Shown here: positions 38,598 through 49,412 of the stretch, in pieces | Position numbering within the stretch: the stretch's first letter is position 1 | How the letters are laid out: the number at the start of each line of letters is the position of its first letter | Origin: Opitutales bacterium | Lineage (GTDB): Bacteria > Verrucomicrobiota > Verrucomicrobiia > Opitutales > JABSRG01 | Reading direction: 5' to 3' | DNA: 64,000 nucleotides | Assembly: GCA_049599475.1 (NCBI GenBank) | Contig: JBMYOQ010000014.1 | Location: forward strand, 14,826 to 78,825 | Position numbers and translations under genes: made by a program | The notes under the pieces: model-generated | What the model saw: the letters and a program-made list of their open reading frames with translations, nothing else | What the model was told of the DNA's origin: nothing | Databases searched by the model: none

Positions 38598-39566
38598 ATG
38601 CGCTCAGAGGTCGAAGCATTAGTCAAAGAGTTGGAGGTCATGAAAGAGGAAGGCGTTACGCACGTCTCTCTGGATGCATCCTCATTGGAGACTCTGGAGA
38701 ATGCTGTATCGCCGAACTCAGTTGTTCCTGGAGAGGCAGCGGCTCCAGAGGTAGCCCCCGAGCGTACTATTCTGCAAGTCCGGAAGCGCGATCGGGATGG
38801 CCCTAGCGTGTTTGAGACGATGATGAACGAACCTACACCCAGCGAACTGACAAAGAGTTCTGATCGCCCGGCGAAGGACACCTCTAAATCTGCTCCAGCT
38901 GTGAAAAAGCTGCTGCCGGATCCACCGTCGATCGAATTGCCAGAAGGAAGCAAGCAGGAGCGTTGGGATTGGCTCAAGGCGCGTGTGGAATCCTGTGAGA
39001 CCTGCAATGGGCAGTTGAAGGCAGGAAAGAAAGTGGTCTTTGGTATTGGCAGCCTGGACGCCGAGTTGTTCCTTTGCGGCGAGGCTCCTGGAGCTGACGA
39101 AGAAGTCCAAGGTGAGCCGTTTGTGGGGCCAGCTGGGCAACTCTTGAATAAAATTCTCGCGACAGCGGGTTGGAACCGAGACAACGTTTACATCGGAAAT
39201 ATCATGAATTGGCGACCCGATACGGGGGCAGCATTTGGCAATCGGCCTCCGACGGACGAGGAGCTTCAGTTCTGTTTGCCATACTTGAAGGCTCAGCTTG
39301 AGATCGTGAAACCTAAAGTGATTTTAGCCCTGGGCAAAACTGCGATCAAAGGCCTCGTGTATCCTAATGAGAGTGTGACGATGGGACGCGTTCATGGTCG
39401 CTGGCATGATTTTGAGGGTATTCCCTTAATGCCTACGTATCACCCCTCATACCTTCTACACAACAATACCAACCGAGCAAAGCGTGCAGTATGGGAGGAC
39501 ATCTTGATGGTGATGGAAAAGTTGGAAAAGCCGATATCGGAGCGTCAGCGCGGTTTCTTTCTATAG
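38598..39566 (+). CDS. udg: Uracil-DNA glycosylase family 4 with long N-terminal linker
   Basis: GEAPGADE, PFVGPAGQLL, NRPP, TYHPSYLL. Confidence 0.92.
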   Translation: MRSEVEALVKELEVMKEEGVTHVSLDASSLETLENAVSPNSVVPGEAAAPEVAPERTILQVRKRDRDGPSVFETMMNEPTPSELTKSSDRPAKDTSKSAPAVKKLLPDPPSIELPEGSKQERWDWLKARVESCETCNGQLKAGKKVVFGIGSLDAELFLCGEAPGADEEVQGEPFVGPAGQLLNKILATAGWNRDNVYIGNIMNWRPDTGAAFGNRPPTDEELQFCLPYLKAQLEIVKPKVILALGKTAIKGLVYPNESVTMGRVHGRWHDFEGIPLMPTYHPSYLLHNNTNRAKRAVWEDILMVMEKLEKPISERQRGFFL

Positions 39567-40498
39567 GGCTTAATCGCAGTCACTAAGAGCGTTTCGAAGT
39601 AGGGCTCTTGTTCCTCTTTGGCGACGATATGCGATTCTACATCTGTGAACCCTGCAGCTTCTAGCCAAGAAATTAGGGTGCGCTCGGAAAACCCGAGCCA
39701 GTTATCTGCGTAAAGGTCTCGAGCTTTCTCAAAAGTATGCTCCTTGAGATCCATGATCGCGATCCGGCCTCCTTCGCTCAGGATGCGGAAGGCTTCGGAG
39801 ATTGCACGGTCGGGATGTTGAGCGTGGTGCAATGCTTGGCTTAAGAGGGCGAAATCGAAAGATGCCTCCTCTAAGGGTACCTTTTCGATATCTCCCAGCT
39901 TGTAAGTCAGATTCTCTATCTGGTTCTTCTTGGCCAGCTCAGCGCCAAACTCCACCATTTTGGGGGATGAATCGACACATACTACGCTCTCCGCGTGCTT
40001 CGCTAGCAAGTGGGAAAGCATGCCTTCTCCAGCCCCGAGATCGACTATGCGGATTTTGGGTGTAAGTAGTAACAGGCAGTGCCCCATGGCTTCCCAGGAG
40101 CGTCCTGGGCAGTAATTTTTCCCGAGTCGGCCCGCAATCGTGTTGAAATATTGCTCACTGACTTGGCGGCGTTTTTCGAGGATTCGGTCAAGATTTTCGG
40201 CATCCTCGCGGATATCCTTATTGGAAACCGTCTCCGCGATACTCGTATCGACTATCTGGTTCCACGCTTCTGGAAGCTTCGAATTCAGCCTGTAGAAGGT
40301 CTTTTTCCCGTCTCTGCGGTCGGTGACCAAGTCGCCCTGTTTCAAGTGAGCCAGATGAGAAGAAATCCGCGACTGGCCCATATCGAGGACCTCTTGGATC
40401 TCGGCAACTGAAAGTTCTTCGACCTTGAGCAGGTGTAAAATTCTTAAGCGCGTGGCATCCGCGAGGAGTTTGAGCAGTTCGAGCACATCACCGGGCAT
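39545..40498 (-). CDS. ArsR-family HTH fused to class I SAM-binding domain (SahR-like regulator)
   Basis: [38 protein letters not shown] motif; QALHH; WLGF. Confidence 0.9.
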   Translation of the reverse strand: MPGDVLELLKLLADATRLRILHLLKVEELSVAEIQEVLDMGQSRISSHLAHLKQGDLVTDRRDGKKTFYRLNSKLPEAWNQIVDTSIAETVSNKDIREDAENLDRILEKRRQVSEQYFNTIAGRLGKNYCPGRSWEAMGHCLLLLTPKIRIVDLGAGEGMLSHLLAKHAESVVCVDSSPKMVEFGAELAKKNQIENLTYKLGDIEKVPLEEASFDFALLSQALHHAQHPDRAISEAFRILSEGGRIAIMDLKEHTFEKARDLYADNWLGFSERTLISWLEAAGFTDVESHIVAKEEQEPYFETLLVTAIKPYRKKPR

Positions 40499-40551
40499 AT
40501 CCGGAAAACTCCGATTAGAATCGCAGCGGGACAAGGCGAAAACGAATAGGG

Positions 40552-40578
40552 ATCTCAATTTTAGCGAAAAATTGGGAT
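40552..40578. promoter_or_regulatory. 11-5-11 imperfect palindrome in divergent promoter (candidate ArsR-family operator)
   Basis: atctcaatttt-agcga-aaaattgggat, 10/11 complementary. Confidence 0.4.
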
Positions 40579-40595
40579 ATTTCCGTTGTCGAAGA

Positions 40596-42635
40596 ATGGA
40601 AAGCGATCAGCCTAAGCGCCTTATGGCCAATCGATTAGCTAACGCATCCAGTCTCTATCTCAAGCAGCACGCTGACAATCCTGTCGATTGGTGGCCGTGG
40701 TGTGAGGAGGCATTCGAGGAGGCAAAGAAGCGAGATGTCCCCGTGCTCATATCGATCGGATACTCGGCCTGCCACTGGTGTCATGTAATGGCTCACGAGT
40801 CCTTCGAATCGGATTATATCGCGAAGCTCATGAATCGGTACTTGGTCAATATCAAGGTCGACCGCGAAGAGCGCCCGGATGTCGACCACATCTATATGGA
40901 GGCCGTGCAGATGATGAACCAGAGTGGTGGGTGGCCTTTGAATGTCTTCTGTTTGCCGGATGGACGTCCATTCTACGGAGGTACCTACTTCCCGCCGGAC
41001 GAAAAGCGAGGGATGCAAGTTATGCCGTGGCCGCAAATGGTTATGCGGGTGGCAGAGTTTTATAAAAAGAGCCGAGAGGATTGTGAAAACAACGCTGAGG
41101 CCGTCGTGAGAAACTTAGAGCACCTCAGTGATGCCTATGTCCGCCAGGCAAAGCCATGGGACCCGCAGCTTTTGTTTGATGCCGCCGATCACATCAATCA
41201 ACGCCATGACGACGAATACGGTGGATTTGGTGGAGCGCCCAAGTTTCCTCCATCGATGACTTTGGATTTCCTCCTTGCTATTCGGAATACGCGGACCTGT
41301 TCCAATGACACGGAAAAATCGGAACGTATTGATAAGGTTGTGAACACGACTCTTCATGCTATGGCGCATGGAGGGATTTTTGATCAGTTTGGAGGAGGCT
41401 TCTGCCGCTACTCGGTGGATAAGTATTGGTTGATACCTCATTTTGAAAAGATGGGATATGACAATGGGTTGCTTCTCGATGTATTCGCGAAGGCTTTCCA
41501 TCAGTATCAGGATGCGCTTTATCCCTTGATAATGGAGGAGACGATCGGATGGTTGGTCCGCGAGATGGCCTCTGATAACGGAGGGTTTTACTCGGCGATT
41601 GATGCTGACGCAGGAGGTGAAGAGGGTGTTTTCTATTGCTGGAATCAGGATCAGATCAAGGAAGTGCTGGGTGACGAACTTGGAGCCACTGTCTGTGAGA
41701 CTTACCTTATCACCGAGAAAGGTACGTTTGAAGGAGGGCTCTCCAATCCTGCATTAGCCACGAGCGATCTTGAGCAGCGTCAAAAGCTCTTTGATGCGCG
41801 CATGCAATTGCTGGCTCAGCGCGAAAAGCGTGAGAAGCCAGGCGTGGACACCAAGCGACTCGCATCTTGGAATGCTCTGTTGATGCGAGGGATTGCTGAG
41901 GCGGGGTTCGCCCTCGGGCGCGCAGAATGGGTTGGGCTTGCCGAGGCCACGGGAGAATGGCTCTGGGCTGAGATGATTGATAGCGAGGGGGAAATTTTCC
42001 CTGTTGCTTATGCTGATGGTCCTACTGGTGTGGGCACCCTGAATGACTATGCCTACATCGCGGAGGCTTTTCTGTCCTTAGCCTCCCGCATAGAACTGTT
42101 TGCGCCAGGAAGTTCAATGAAATGGGTGGATCGGGCTCAGGTGATCGTCGATCGGGCCATTGATAAATTTCACGACTCCGTAAATCCCGGTTTTTTCCTT
42201 TCTAATGAAGGCCAACCGAACTTAATCGTTCGCAAGAAGGAATGGCATGATAGCGCAATCCCTTCGGCGAATGCTGGGATGTTGCATGCTCTATCATCAC
42301 TCTCAGCTATAACAGGCGATGGGCGTTATCGGGAAATTTACCAGAACGTAGTAGACCTCTATCCGGCGTTGATATCACAAGTATCGAGTGCGGCGTCTCA
42401 CGGGATGGCGGCAATTGTTCGGGACCTTACCGGAGTGGCGGTTGTGCGGACTAATGGTGCTGAGCAGTATTACGCGGATATTATCGAAGGGATGAGTGCC
42501 AAGCCTTGGAGGCGGGTGTTTTTCCTTCCCGCTGAGAATCTGGATCAAGCCGACGGATTCCAGCTATGTGTGGGGCAGCATTGTTCGGTCCCTACAACGC
42601 AAATAGATCAACTCTTCGAGCAATTGTTGGGTTAA
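40596..42635 (+). CDS. Thioredoxin-domain protein (YyaL/SSP411 family)
   Basis: [57 protein letters not shown]; start 40596 or 40623. Confidence 0.93.
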   Translation: MESDQPKRLMANRLANASSLYLKQHADNPVDWWPWCEEAFEEAKKRDVPVLISIGYSACHWCHVMAHESFESDYIAKLMNRYLVNIKVDREERPDVDHIYMEAVQMMNQSGGWPLNVFCLPDGRPFYGGTYFPPDEKRGMQVMPWPQMVMRVAEFYKKSREDCENNAEAVVRNLEHLSDAYVRQAKPWDPQLLFDAADHINQRHDDEYGGFGGAPKFPPSMTLDFLLAIRNTRTCSNDTEKSERIDKVVNTTLHAMAHGGIFDQFGGGFCRYSVDKYWLIPHFEKMGYDNGLLLDVFAKAFHQYQDALYPLIMEETIGWLVREMASDNGGFYSAIDADAGGEEGVFYCWNQDQIKEVLGDELGATVCETYLITEKGTFEGGLSNPALATSDLEQRQKLFDARMQLLAQREKREKPGVDTKRLASWNALLMRGIAEAGFALGRAEWVGLAEATGEWLWAEMIDSEGEIFPVAYADGPTGVGTLNDYAYIAEAFLSLASRIELFAPGSSMKWVDRAQVIVDRAIDKFHDSVNPGFFLSNEGQPNLIVRKKEWHDSAIPSANAGMLHALSSLSAITGDGRYREIYQNVVDLYPALISQVSSAASHGMAAIVRDLTGVAVVRTNGAEQYYADIIEGMSAKPWRRVFFLPAENLDQADGFQLCVGQHCSVPTTQIDQLFEQLLG

Positions 42636-42850
42636 GTGTTCAGACCTCCGCCCGTAATTGCTTTTGATAATGCAATATATGGGAATGAAGTTTTTGGGAG
42701 ATGAGCAGATGCTTTACTTTCTTTTTACAAAAAAAAGAGATTTTACTTGTCAGTGGCTTGCGCTGAGTAGATGCATAGTAACGTCGCATTCCTCTCTTTC
42801 CTCCCCTGTCTTTCTGATTCCCTGTCATCTCGACCGAATTACCTCCGCTC

Positions 42851-43909
42851 ATGATTAAAGCGAAAGCTAAAGGCGTATACCTTTGCGTGACTGAACAAAC
42901 AGTTTTCGGTGCGAGGACCTCGGCTGGTAGTGCTCCCTTCGAGATCGAGGAGGTATTTTCGATTCCGAAGGATGAAAAGGAGAAGGTCGCTGAGAAAATT
43001 TCTGGCTTCGTGGATGCAAAATCGAACAATTACGTAGTGAGTAACGTCGGTGTTTCACCGCTCAGTCGCTTCATTCGTGTTTTCGATTTGGATACAAGTG
43101 CGCGGAAGAAAAACGCCGACTACTATACTGATCTTCTGAAATCTCAATTCAGGATCGATCCGGAGTCGCATGCTGTTGGAATAATAGAGGCAGACTCAGG
43201 AGCTGAGGCCGACTTGGACAAAGGTGTCATCAAGCGCCTGATGTTTTGCGGTGCATCCAGCGAAGAGTTGAGTCAGCAGCAAAATGAATTGGTGGATATG
43301 TATGTGTATCCTCAAACATTAGAGATCTCTTCGATTTCTACGCTGGGGGCGATTGTGGATTACACGAAGCGCTTTAAGGTGGATGGCGCGATCTTGATGC
43401 TTGAGATGTCTACCGAGTCGAGCCAGGCCTTCATTGTTCGCGAAGGTCGGGTTGATGTTACACGCCCGATTCCTTATGGCATCAATAGCATGATACCCGT
43501 GGTTCGCCAAGAGCTCGGCCTCAAGGATGAAGAGTCGGCGAAGAAATTGTTTTTCTCGAACACCTTCGATTTCACTGAAGTCGGCCCGAAACTGTTGCGT
43601 AAACTCATTCGAGAGCTTCAGGCCTCGACTGGATTTTATGAGGTGCAAACAGGGCAGACCATCAGCAAGCTTTTCCTTCCCCAGCTGCCCACCAAGTTGT
43701 CGTGGGTTCGTCAAGTTTTGGCGGAAACTCTGGGAGTCGAGGAGCTCGACATGCAATCTTTAGAATGGCTGAAACAACATGGAGTGGAATTAGGGGCACA
43801 GGTCGACCCTGATACATTCGATGATGAGTGGTTTGGCCTCGTTTCCCTAATTTGCCCTTTCCAAGAAGCAGTCCCAAATGGCGAAGAAAAAGCAGAACAG
43901 CCATCTTAA
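42851..43909 (+). CDS. PilM-like type IV filament assembly protein (divergent)
   Basis: First gene of an MNOPQ-like operon; TRPIPYG, LIRELQASTGFYE, ETLGVE are actin-fold PilM-like segments. Confidence 0.7.
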   Translation: MIKAKAKGVYLCVTEQTVFGARTSAGSAPFEIEEVFSIPKDEKEKVAEKISGFVDAKSNNYVVSNVGVSPLSRFIRVFDLDTSARKKNADYYTDLLKSQFRIDPESHAVGIIEADSGAEADLDKGVIKRLMFCGASSEELSQQQNELVDMYVYPQTLEISSISTLGAIVDYTKRFKVDGAILMLEMSTESSQAFIVREGRVDVTRPIPYGINSMIPVVRQELGLKDEESAKKLFFSNTFDFTEVGPKLLRKLIRELQASTGFYEVQTGQTISKLFLPQLPTKLSWVRQVLAETLGVEELDMQSLEWLKQHGVELGAQVDPDTFDDEWFGLVSLICPFQEAVPNGEEKAEQPS

Positions 43910-44495
43910 CTGGCATCCAGATTTCCGGGTAGAGTCTGAGCTGCCGGATATCAAAATTGTAAGGACCGATTTTATCGTAAATGGAATCGCGGGTTTTGTC
44001 GCGCTAGTTGCCTTAGTATTGGTCGTTACGCGCGAAGTGGACCTTCGTTCAATGCATGGTAATTTGAGCGATTTGAAGGCGGAGGTGGCATCTCTCGAGC
44101 AAGGGAACGCCGAAAATCTAAAGGACAGTAAATTGTTCAAGGACACGGCTCCGTTGATCACGGATATAGAGAAGTTTAAGCTATATTCAGTCGAGCCAAT
44201 CCAGACTGTCATGGCAATTTCTGAAATATTACCAGATGGAGTTCTGTTAGAGAGCCTGAGATTTAATGAGGTCTCACGCCAGGTCAAGAAACGCTCCTTT
44301 CCTGCTTATCGCCTTAAGCTTTCCGGCGTGGCACCTAGCCTGGAGGCAATAACTGTTTTGAAAGAGTCTTTGGAAGTGTTGGAGTTGTTTTCAGGATATC
44401 CGAGCAATGTCGTCGAACGTCCCTCTCCACGTGACGAGGCTACTGGTTTCTTCAACTTCCAAATCGATGTATCCATAAACCCAGAATTTAAATGA
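43878..44495 (+). CDS. PilN-like protein
   Basis: Single TM, coiled coil, ISEILPDGVLLESL, LKLSGVA, ferredoxin-like C-terminus. Confidence 0.75.
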   Translation: MAKKKQNSHLNWHPDFRVESELPDIKIVRTDFIVNGIAGFVALVALVLVVTREVDLRSMHGNLSDLKAEVASLEQGNAENLKDSKLFKDTAPLITDIEKFKLYSVEPIQTVMAISEILPDGVLLESLRFNEVSRQVKKRSFPAYRLKLSGVAPSLEAITVLKESLEVLELFSGYPSNVVERPSPRDEATGFFNFQIDVSINPEFK

Positions 44496-45064
44496 ACGCT
44501 CAAGACATACTTAGAAAGATTTTGAGTTACCCCATTGCCTTGGGGTCTGTAATTTTGGCAGTAGTATTGATCGCGATATTTGTCTTCAGGGGATTGGGTA
44601 TCGAAGAGCTGGAACAATCGATTCTCGATAGTAAAAGAACACGTGATACATTAAGTTCGAATCGAAAAAATTCTTTTGGGCTGAAAGAAGATCTCGAAAA
44701 ATTGAGTGAGCTAGAAAGCTTGATCGATGATATGTCTTTGGTCTCTGAAGAAAGGTCTGCAAACATCGCTTACTTCTATGATTTTGAGGAGAAGCAAGCT
44801 GCTGACATGGTATCGATCTCACAGAAGGGCGTGATCGCCCCGAATAGCAATACATCTATGTTTACTAACTTAGAGTCTAGGGCACTAATCCCTTTTGATT
44901 TGAGTATAACTGGCACATTCAATGAAGCTTTGTCCTATGCATATAATCTAAGCACAGGCGAAAAGATCGCTCGAATAACAGCAATCAATTTGGGAACATC
45001 ACCGAGCCTTGACGGCACGGTGAGTATGGATTTGAACGTATTAATACTAGGAGAAGGAAAATGA
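44492..45064 (+). CDS. PilO-like protein
   Basis: N-terminal TM, coiled coil, IPFDLSITGTF..L; ATGA overlap with pilN-like gene. Confidence 0.75.
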   Translation: MNAQDILRKILSYPIALGSVILAVVLIAIFVFRGLGIEELEQSILDSKRTRDTLSSNRKNSFGLKEDLEKLSELESLIDDMSLVSEERSANIAYFYDFEEKQAADMVSISQKGVIAPNSNTSMFTNLESRALIPFDLSITGTFNEALSYAYNLSTGEKIARITAINLGTSPSLDGTVSMDLNVLILGEGK

Positions 45065-45621
45065 AGTCTCTGGTATGTCTGGTATCATTGTTTGTTGGTT
45101 TTCTGGCCGCGGGTGTAGTTTTCGCTGAAGAGGAAAAAGTGATATCGCTTCAAATACGGCTATCGGGTTCGAAAAACCAGGTCGTTAGCGCGAAACAGCG
45201 GGCTCGTGCTTTAGAAATTGTAGAGTCCGCCCTGCAGAATGTGCACTTAAAAGGGGTCGATTCGATGGACGGAGTCGTTGATCCCTTCTACCCCGAACAG
45301 CCCGAGGAAGAGGTTGTGGTAGTTGTGCGCGAAGTCTTGGAAATCGAGCCTGAGCCTGAACCCGTTGGAATCGATCCTATGGATGTGCTCAAATCTGCGG
45401 GAGAAGAGTTGAAGGGGAGGGTTCGCGGTACCCTTTCGGCAGGGGCGAATACCTTTATCACCACTGCTGATGGAAGCTTTATTGGAGTTGGTACAGAAAT
45501 TCCCTACAGATTCGAGGACGAATCATTTGTATTAACTGTAGACCAAGTATCAGATAAATTTTTCACCATACGTCTCGAAAATGTGCGGCGCCGAGTTAGC
45601 ATACTCGATGCTGCTAGATAA
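45061..45621 (+). CDS. PilP-position exported protein
   Basis: Signal peptide, DPF motif, beta-rich C-terminal domain; lies between pilO-like and secretin genes. Confidence 0.6.
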   Translation: MKSLVCLVSLFVGFLAAGVVFAEEEKVISLQIRLSGSKNQVVSAKQRARALEIVESALQNVHLKGVDSMDGVVDPFYPEQPEEEVVVVVREVLEIEPEPEPVGIDPMDVLKSAGEELKGRVRGTLSAGANTFITTADGSFIGVGTEIPYRFEDESFVLTVDQVSDKFFTIRLENVRRRVSILDAAR

Positions 45622-45642
45622 CACCTCTTCCCGCCAAGTGAT

Positions 45643-47745
45643 ATGAATTCGCTACCTTGTAATTCGATGCTCAAAACACCCAAACTACAAATCGCTCGCA
45701 CTATTGCTGTGGCTTGCGCTACTCCAATAATTCTCTTTGGGCAGACTGAGAAAAATGCCCCTGCGGAGGAGGAAATTCTCATTGAATTACCTCAGATCGC
45801 AGAGACGCCCACTCCTGCTGTCGAGCAAAACCAGGCCCCTGAAGCAGTTGCAACTGAGCCTATTCCGGTGAATTGGGTGGGAGAAGAGACGCCTTCTGTC
45901 GCTCCGGTAGTGATTGACGCAACTCAACCTGATGCTTCTCCTACTGTTACACCAGAAATTGTGAATATACCTGAACTTGCGCCTCAACTCTCCCCTGAGG
46001 AGGAGGTAATCATGCAGCTTCCGCAAGGTGGCGCCCCGGCGCCAGTATTCGGTGATGAAGAAACGATCTCTGTAAATTATCTCGATGAAGAAGTCGCAAC
46101 CGTTTTGCGAAATGTAGCCCTTTTATATGATCTGAATCTGGTGGTTCCCGATTCGCTCGCGGGTCGAATTTCGTTGAAATTGAGCAACGTCACCTGGCGA
46201 CAGGTCTTCGAAGTTGTCCTCGAGTCGACTGGTTTTACCTATATTGAAGAAGCGAACATTATCAAAATAAGGAGTATTGAAGACTTAGCCGTAGAGCCCG
46301 TGGATACTCGCGTTTTTATAATTAACTTTGCGAATGCTACCGAGATATCTAGTTCAGTGTCTCCATTGATAAATACCGGAGCGGGTGGACGGATCCAAGT
46401 GGATAACCGTTCGAATGCGTTAATCATTACAGAGCGTCCTTCGAGGATGAATAAAATACAGGAAATTATTGAGCGCTTGGACCGCGAAACACTACAAGTT
46501 AAGATCGAATCGAAATTCATTGAGGTGACTGACCGGGATGCCTCGAACATTGGCCTTAATTGGACATCTCTGAATGGTTTTCAGGTTGGAACGAGTCCTC
46601 TGACTAGAACCCTGACGAGTGGAGTGGAAGAAGTTGTTTCGTTTACCAATAATGGACCCTCTGAGAATTGGGTTTTTCCGGGACAGGAATATGCAGACAG
46701 CGTTGCTGCGGGACGAGGAGGCGCCCCTTACTATCTCCCTGAGGATCAGTATTTTTATTCAGAATTTGAACGGGTAGATGTTTCGGCAGTGGATGGTGAC
46801 GGAAATTTCCTACGTGATGATGCAGGGGAAATCATCACCGAGCCTGATATCGAATATACCTTGGGTGCTTACACTCCTCCAGTATCGAGCTTAACCAACA
46901 CGCGATCATTCGCTAGGACGGATTCGGTAGTTATGACAGCCGACGGTTTTAACGTTGTCTTAAGCGCGCTCGAAACTCTCACAGACGTTAAGCTCGTTTC
47001 TAATCCCACTATTGTAACTCTCAATAACGAGTCAGCACTCATTTCTATTGGTGAGCGCTTTCCGATACCAAGCTACACGTACAACGATGAGCGCGGTACT
47101 TATGAAATCAGCAATTTCGAATATGAAGACATTGGTATTAATTTAGAGGTTACGCCTCAGGTGAATAGTGCCGGATTTATCAATCTGGATATTTTGCCAG
47201 AGGTTTCGTCGCGCCAAGGAACGGTTGCTTTTGGCGGGGCCAGTGGAGCTGAAATTCCAATCATTGCGAGCCGTCGAACTGAGACTAAAGTGACGATTAA
47301 GGATGGTTACACATTGGCTCTAGGCGGTCTTATGGAGACCGAAACATCCAAAGATGGAACAAAGGTTCCGATTCTCGGAGATTTGCCTCTTTTGGGTAAG
47401 CTTTTCCGTAGCGAGTCGAATTCGATGCAGTCTCGTAATCTTATCATCTTTATTACCGCGAAAACACTTTCGCCTGACGGTAGCGACTATCGCGATGTGA
47501 TCGATCCTCGGATGCTAAATGCGATGGGTATCCGCGAATCCGAAATCCCTGGATACTCGCTTACGGATGATGAGCGCCAGGCGCTTAATAGTATCCAGCG
47601 TTCGCGCGACGATATTGACTTGCAGAAAACGATCGCTGCGCGCCGCGCAGAGCTTGAGAAATTAGAAGCCGCTCAGACATACATCCAGGAGCAGAAAGAT
47701 GGAACTGCTGAGGAGATCGATGAAGAGTGGTGGAGAAAGGACTAA
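45643..47745 (+). CDS. Secretin (PilQ/GspD family)
   Basis: N0 (ISVNY..V..VLR), N3 (DNRSNALII..IERLD), QVKIESKFIEV, SNPTIVTLNN, GINLEVTPQV, KVPILGDLPLLGKLFRS. Confidence 0.93.
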   Translation: MNSLPCNSMLKTPKLQIARTIAVACATPIILFGQTEKNAPAEEEILIELPQIAETPTPAVEQNQAPEAVATEPIPVNWVGEETPSVAPVVIDATQPDASPTVTPEIVNIPELAPQLSPEEEVIMQLPQGGAPAPVFGDEETISVNYLDEEVATVLRNVALLYDLNLVVPDSLAGRISLKLSNVTWRQVFEVVLESTGFTYIEEANIIKIRSIEDLAVEPVDTRVFIINFANATEISSSVSPLINTGAGGRIQVDNRSNALIITERPSRMNKIQEIIERLDRETLQVKIESKFIEVTDRDASNIGLNWTSLNGFQVGTSPLTRTLTSGVEEVVSFTNNGPSENWVFPGQEYADSVAAGRGGAPYYLPEDQYFYSEFERVDVSAVDGDGNFLRDDAGEIITEPDIEYTLGAYTPPVSSLTNTRSFARTDSVVMTADGFNVVLSALETLTDVKLVSNPTIVTLNNESALISIGERFPIPSYTYNDERGTYEISNFEYEDIGINLEVTPQVNSAGFINLDILPEVSSRQGTVAFGGASGAEIPIIASRRTETKVTIKDGYTLALGGLMETETSKDGTKVPILGDLPLLGKLFRSESNSMQSRNLIIFITAKTLSPDGSDYRDVIDPRMLNAMGIRESEIPGYSLTDDERQALNSIQRSRDDIDLQKTIAARRAELEKLEAAQTYIQEQKDGTAEEIDEEWWRKD

Positions 47746-47790
47746 GCCTGTCCTCTTCAACTTCGCAGTAACCGCGCGATGTTAAACATT

Positions 47791-47826
47791 AAAACCCGAA
47801 TGAGCTCTGGCTGATTCGGGTTTTTT
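47791..47826. terminator. Bidirectional terminator between secretin gene and mqo
   Basis: aaaacccgaat..attcgggtttttt. Confidence 0.82.
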
Positions 47827-47870
47827 GTTGCATTTATTTTCCCTCAAAACGCACGGCTTGAGGATATCTC

Positions 47871-49352
47871 TTAAGCCTTCAGACCGAGTTGTGTATCCAC
47901 TTTTTCATGGATCTCTGCGAAGGTTTCTGGGTCGTCTGCGAGCTTAGTGCCGTATGAGGGAACAAGTTCCTTCATTTTCACTTTCCAAGCGTCCGATTTC
48001 AATTCTTCGGTAAAACATTTCTCCAGAAGCTCGAGCATGATTGAGGTCGCAGTGGACGCTCCAGGGGATGCTCCAAGAAGCGCTGCGATCGATCCATCTC
48101 CGGCTACGACTTCTGTCCCGAATTGAAGCACGCCGCCCTTTTTCGGATCCTTTTTAATGATCTGCACGCGTTGGCCTGCGTTTTCCAAACGCCATTCATC
48201 GGACTTTGCATCAGGGAAAAAATCGCGCAGAGCGTTCATGCGGTCTTCGTGAGACTGCATGACTTGCCCAATCAGATACTTCGTGAGGTCCATGTTGTCC
48301 TTGCCCACTGCGAGCATCGGTATGATGTTGTCGGGCGTGATGGATAGGAAAAGGTCTAGATTGGAGCCTTCCTTGAGAAACTTCGGAGTCCACCCTGCAT
48401 AGGGGCCAAACAGAATTTCACGCTTGCCGTCGATCACACGAGTATCGAGGTGTGGGACAGACATCGGTGGTGCGCCGACTTCGGCCTTCCCGTAGATCTT
48501 AGCGAAGTGTTTCTCGACGATTTCTGGATTCGAACAAATGAGCCATTGTCCACTAACAGGGAATCCACCAAAGCCTTTACCTTCCGAAATGTTGGACTTT
48601 TGAAGGAGTTTTAAGGCTCCGCCTCCACCTCCAATGAAAACGAATTTGGCCTTCACAGTCTGAGTGCTTCCAGCCTTCAGGTCCTTTACGCTTACATGCC
48701 AGATTCCACTGATCTTCTTGAGATTTGTTACCACGTGGCGGGTTTTAAGCGTCACGCCATCACGCGATTCTAAATCCTCGAACAACGAACGTGTGAGTGA
48801 GCCGAAGTTCACATCCGTTCCACCTTCAATCGTTGTTAGTCCAAATGCTTCAGAGCGATCGCGGCCATGGGTCAGGAGAGGTGCCCATTTCTCTGCAGTT
48901 TCCCAGTCGGTAGTATATTCCATGTCTGCGAAGAAATGATGGGCCTTCATTGCAGTGTAGCGGTTGTAGAGAAATTTCTGACTAGCTTCTCCGCGGACGA
49001 AACTCATGTGAGGCACTCGATTGAGAAACGACGCTTTGTCCTTCAACACTCCTTTGTTCAGAAGGTAGCACCAGAACTGTTTCGACTGCTCAAATTTCTC
49101 GTAGATACCGATCGCTTTGTTGATGTCTACGGAGCCGTCCTTGTTTTCTTTGGTGTAGTTCAGCTCACACAAAGCGGCATGGCCCGTGCCTGCGTTGTTC
49201 ATGGCGTTTGAGCTTTCGAAACCTAATGTATCTAGTTTCTCATAGATCTTTATGGTAAAACTGGGCTCAAGCTCTTTGAGCATAGTTCCGAGCGTTGCGC
49301 TCATGATGCCTCCGCCGATCAATACGACGTCTGTTGCGGTTTCGTTAGCCAT
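47871..49352 (-). CDS. mqo: Malate:quinone oxidoreductase
   Basis: [64 protein letters not shown]. Confidence 0.97.
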   Translation of the reverse strand: MANETATDVVLIGGGIMSATLGTMLKELEPSFTIKIYEKLDTLGFESSNAMNNAGTGHAALCELNYTKENKDGSVDINKAIGIYEKFEQSKQFWCYLLNKGVLKDKASFLNRVPHMSFVRGEASQKFLYNRYTAMKAHHFFADMEYTTDWETAEKWAPLLTHGRDRSEAFGLTTIEGGTDVNFGSLTRSLFEDLESRDGVTLKTRHVVTNLKKISGIWHVSVKDLKAGSTQTVKAKFVFIGGGGGALKLLQKSNISEGKGFGGFPVSGQWLICSNPEIVEKHFAKIYGKAEVGAPPMSVPHLDTRVIDGKREILFGPYAGWTPKFLKEGSNLDLFLSITPDNIIPMLAVGKDNMDLTKYLIGQVMQSHEDRMNALRDFFPDAKSDEWRLENAGQRVQIIKKDPKKGGVLQFGTEVVAGDGSIAALLGASPGASTATSIMLELLEKCFTEELKSDAWKVKMKELVPSYGTKLADDPETFAEIHEKVDTQLGLKA

Positions 49353-49412
49353 GATTATTTCAAGAAATGGGAAGCTTCAGCTATAGCAAATATCGGACAA
49401 TAAATTGTGTCT

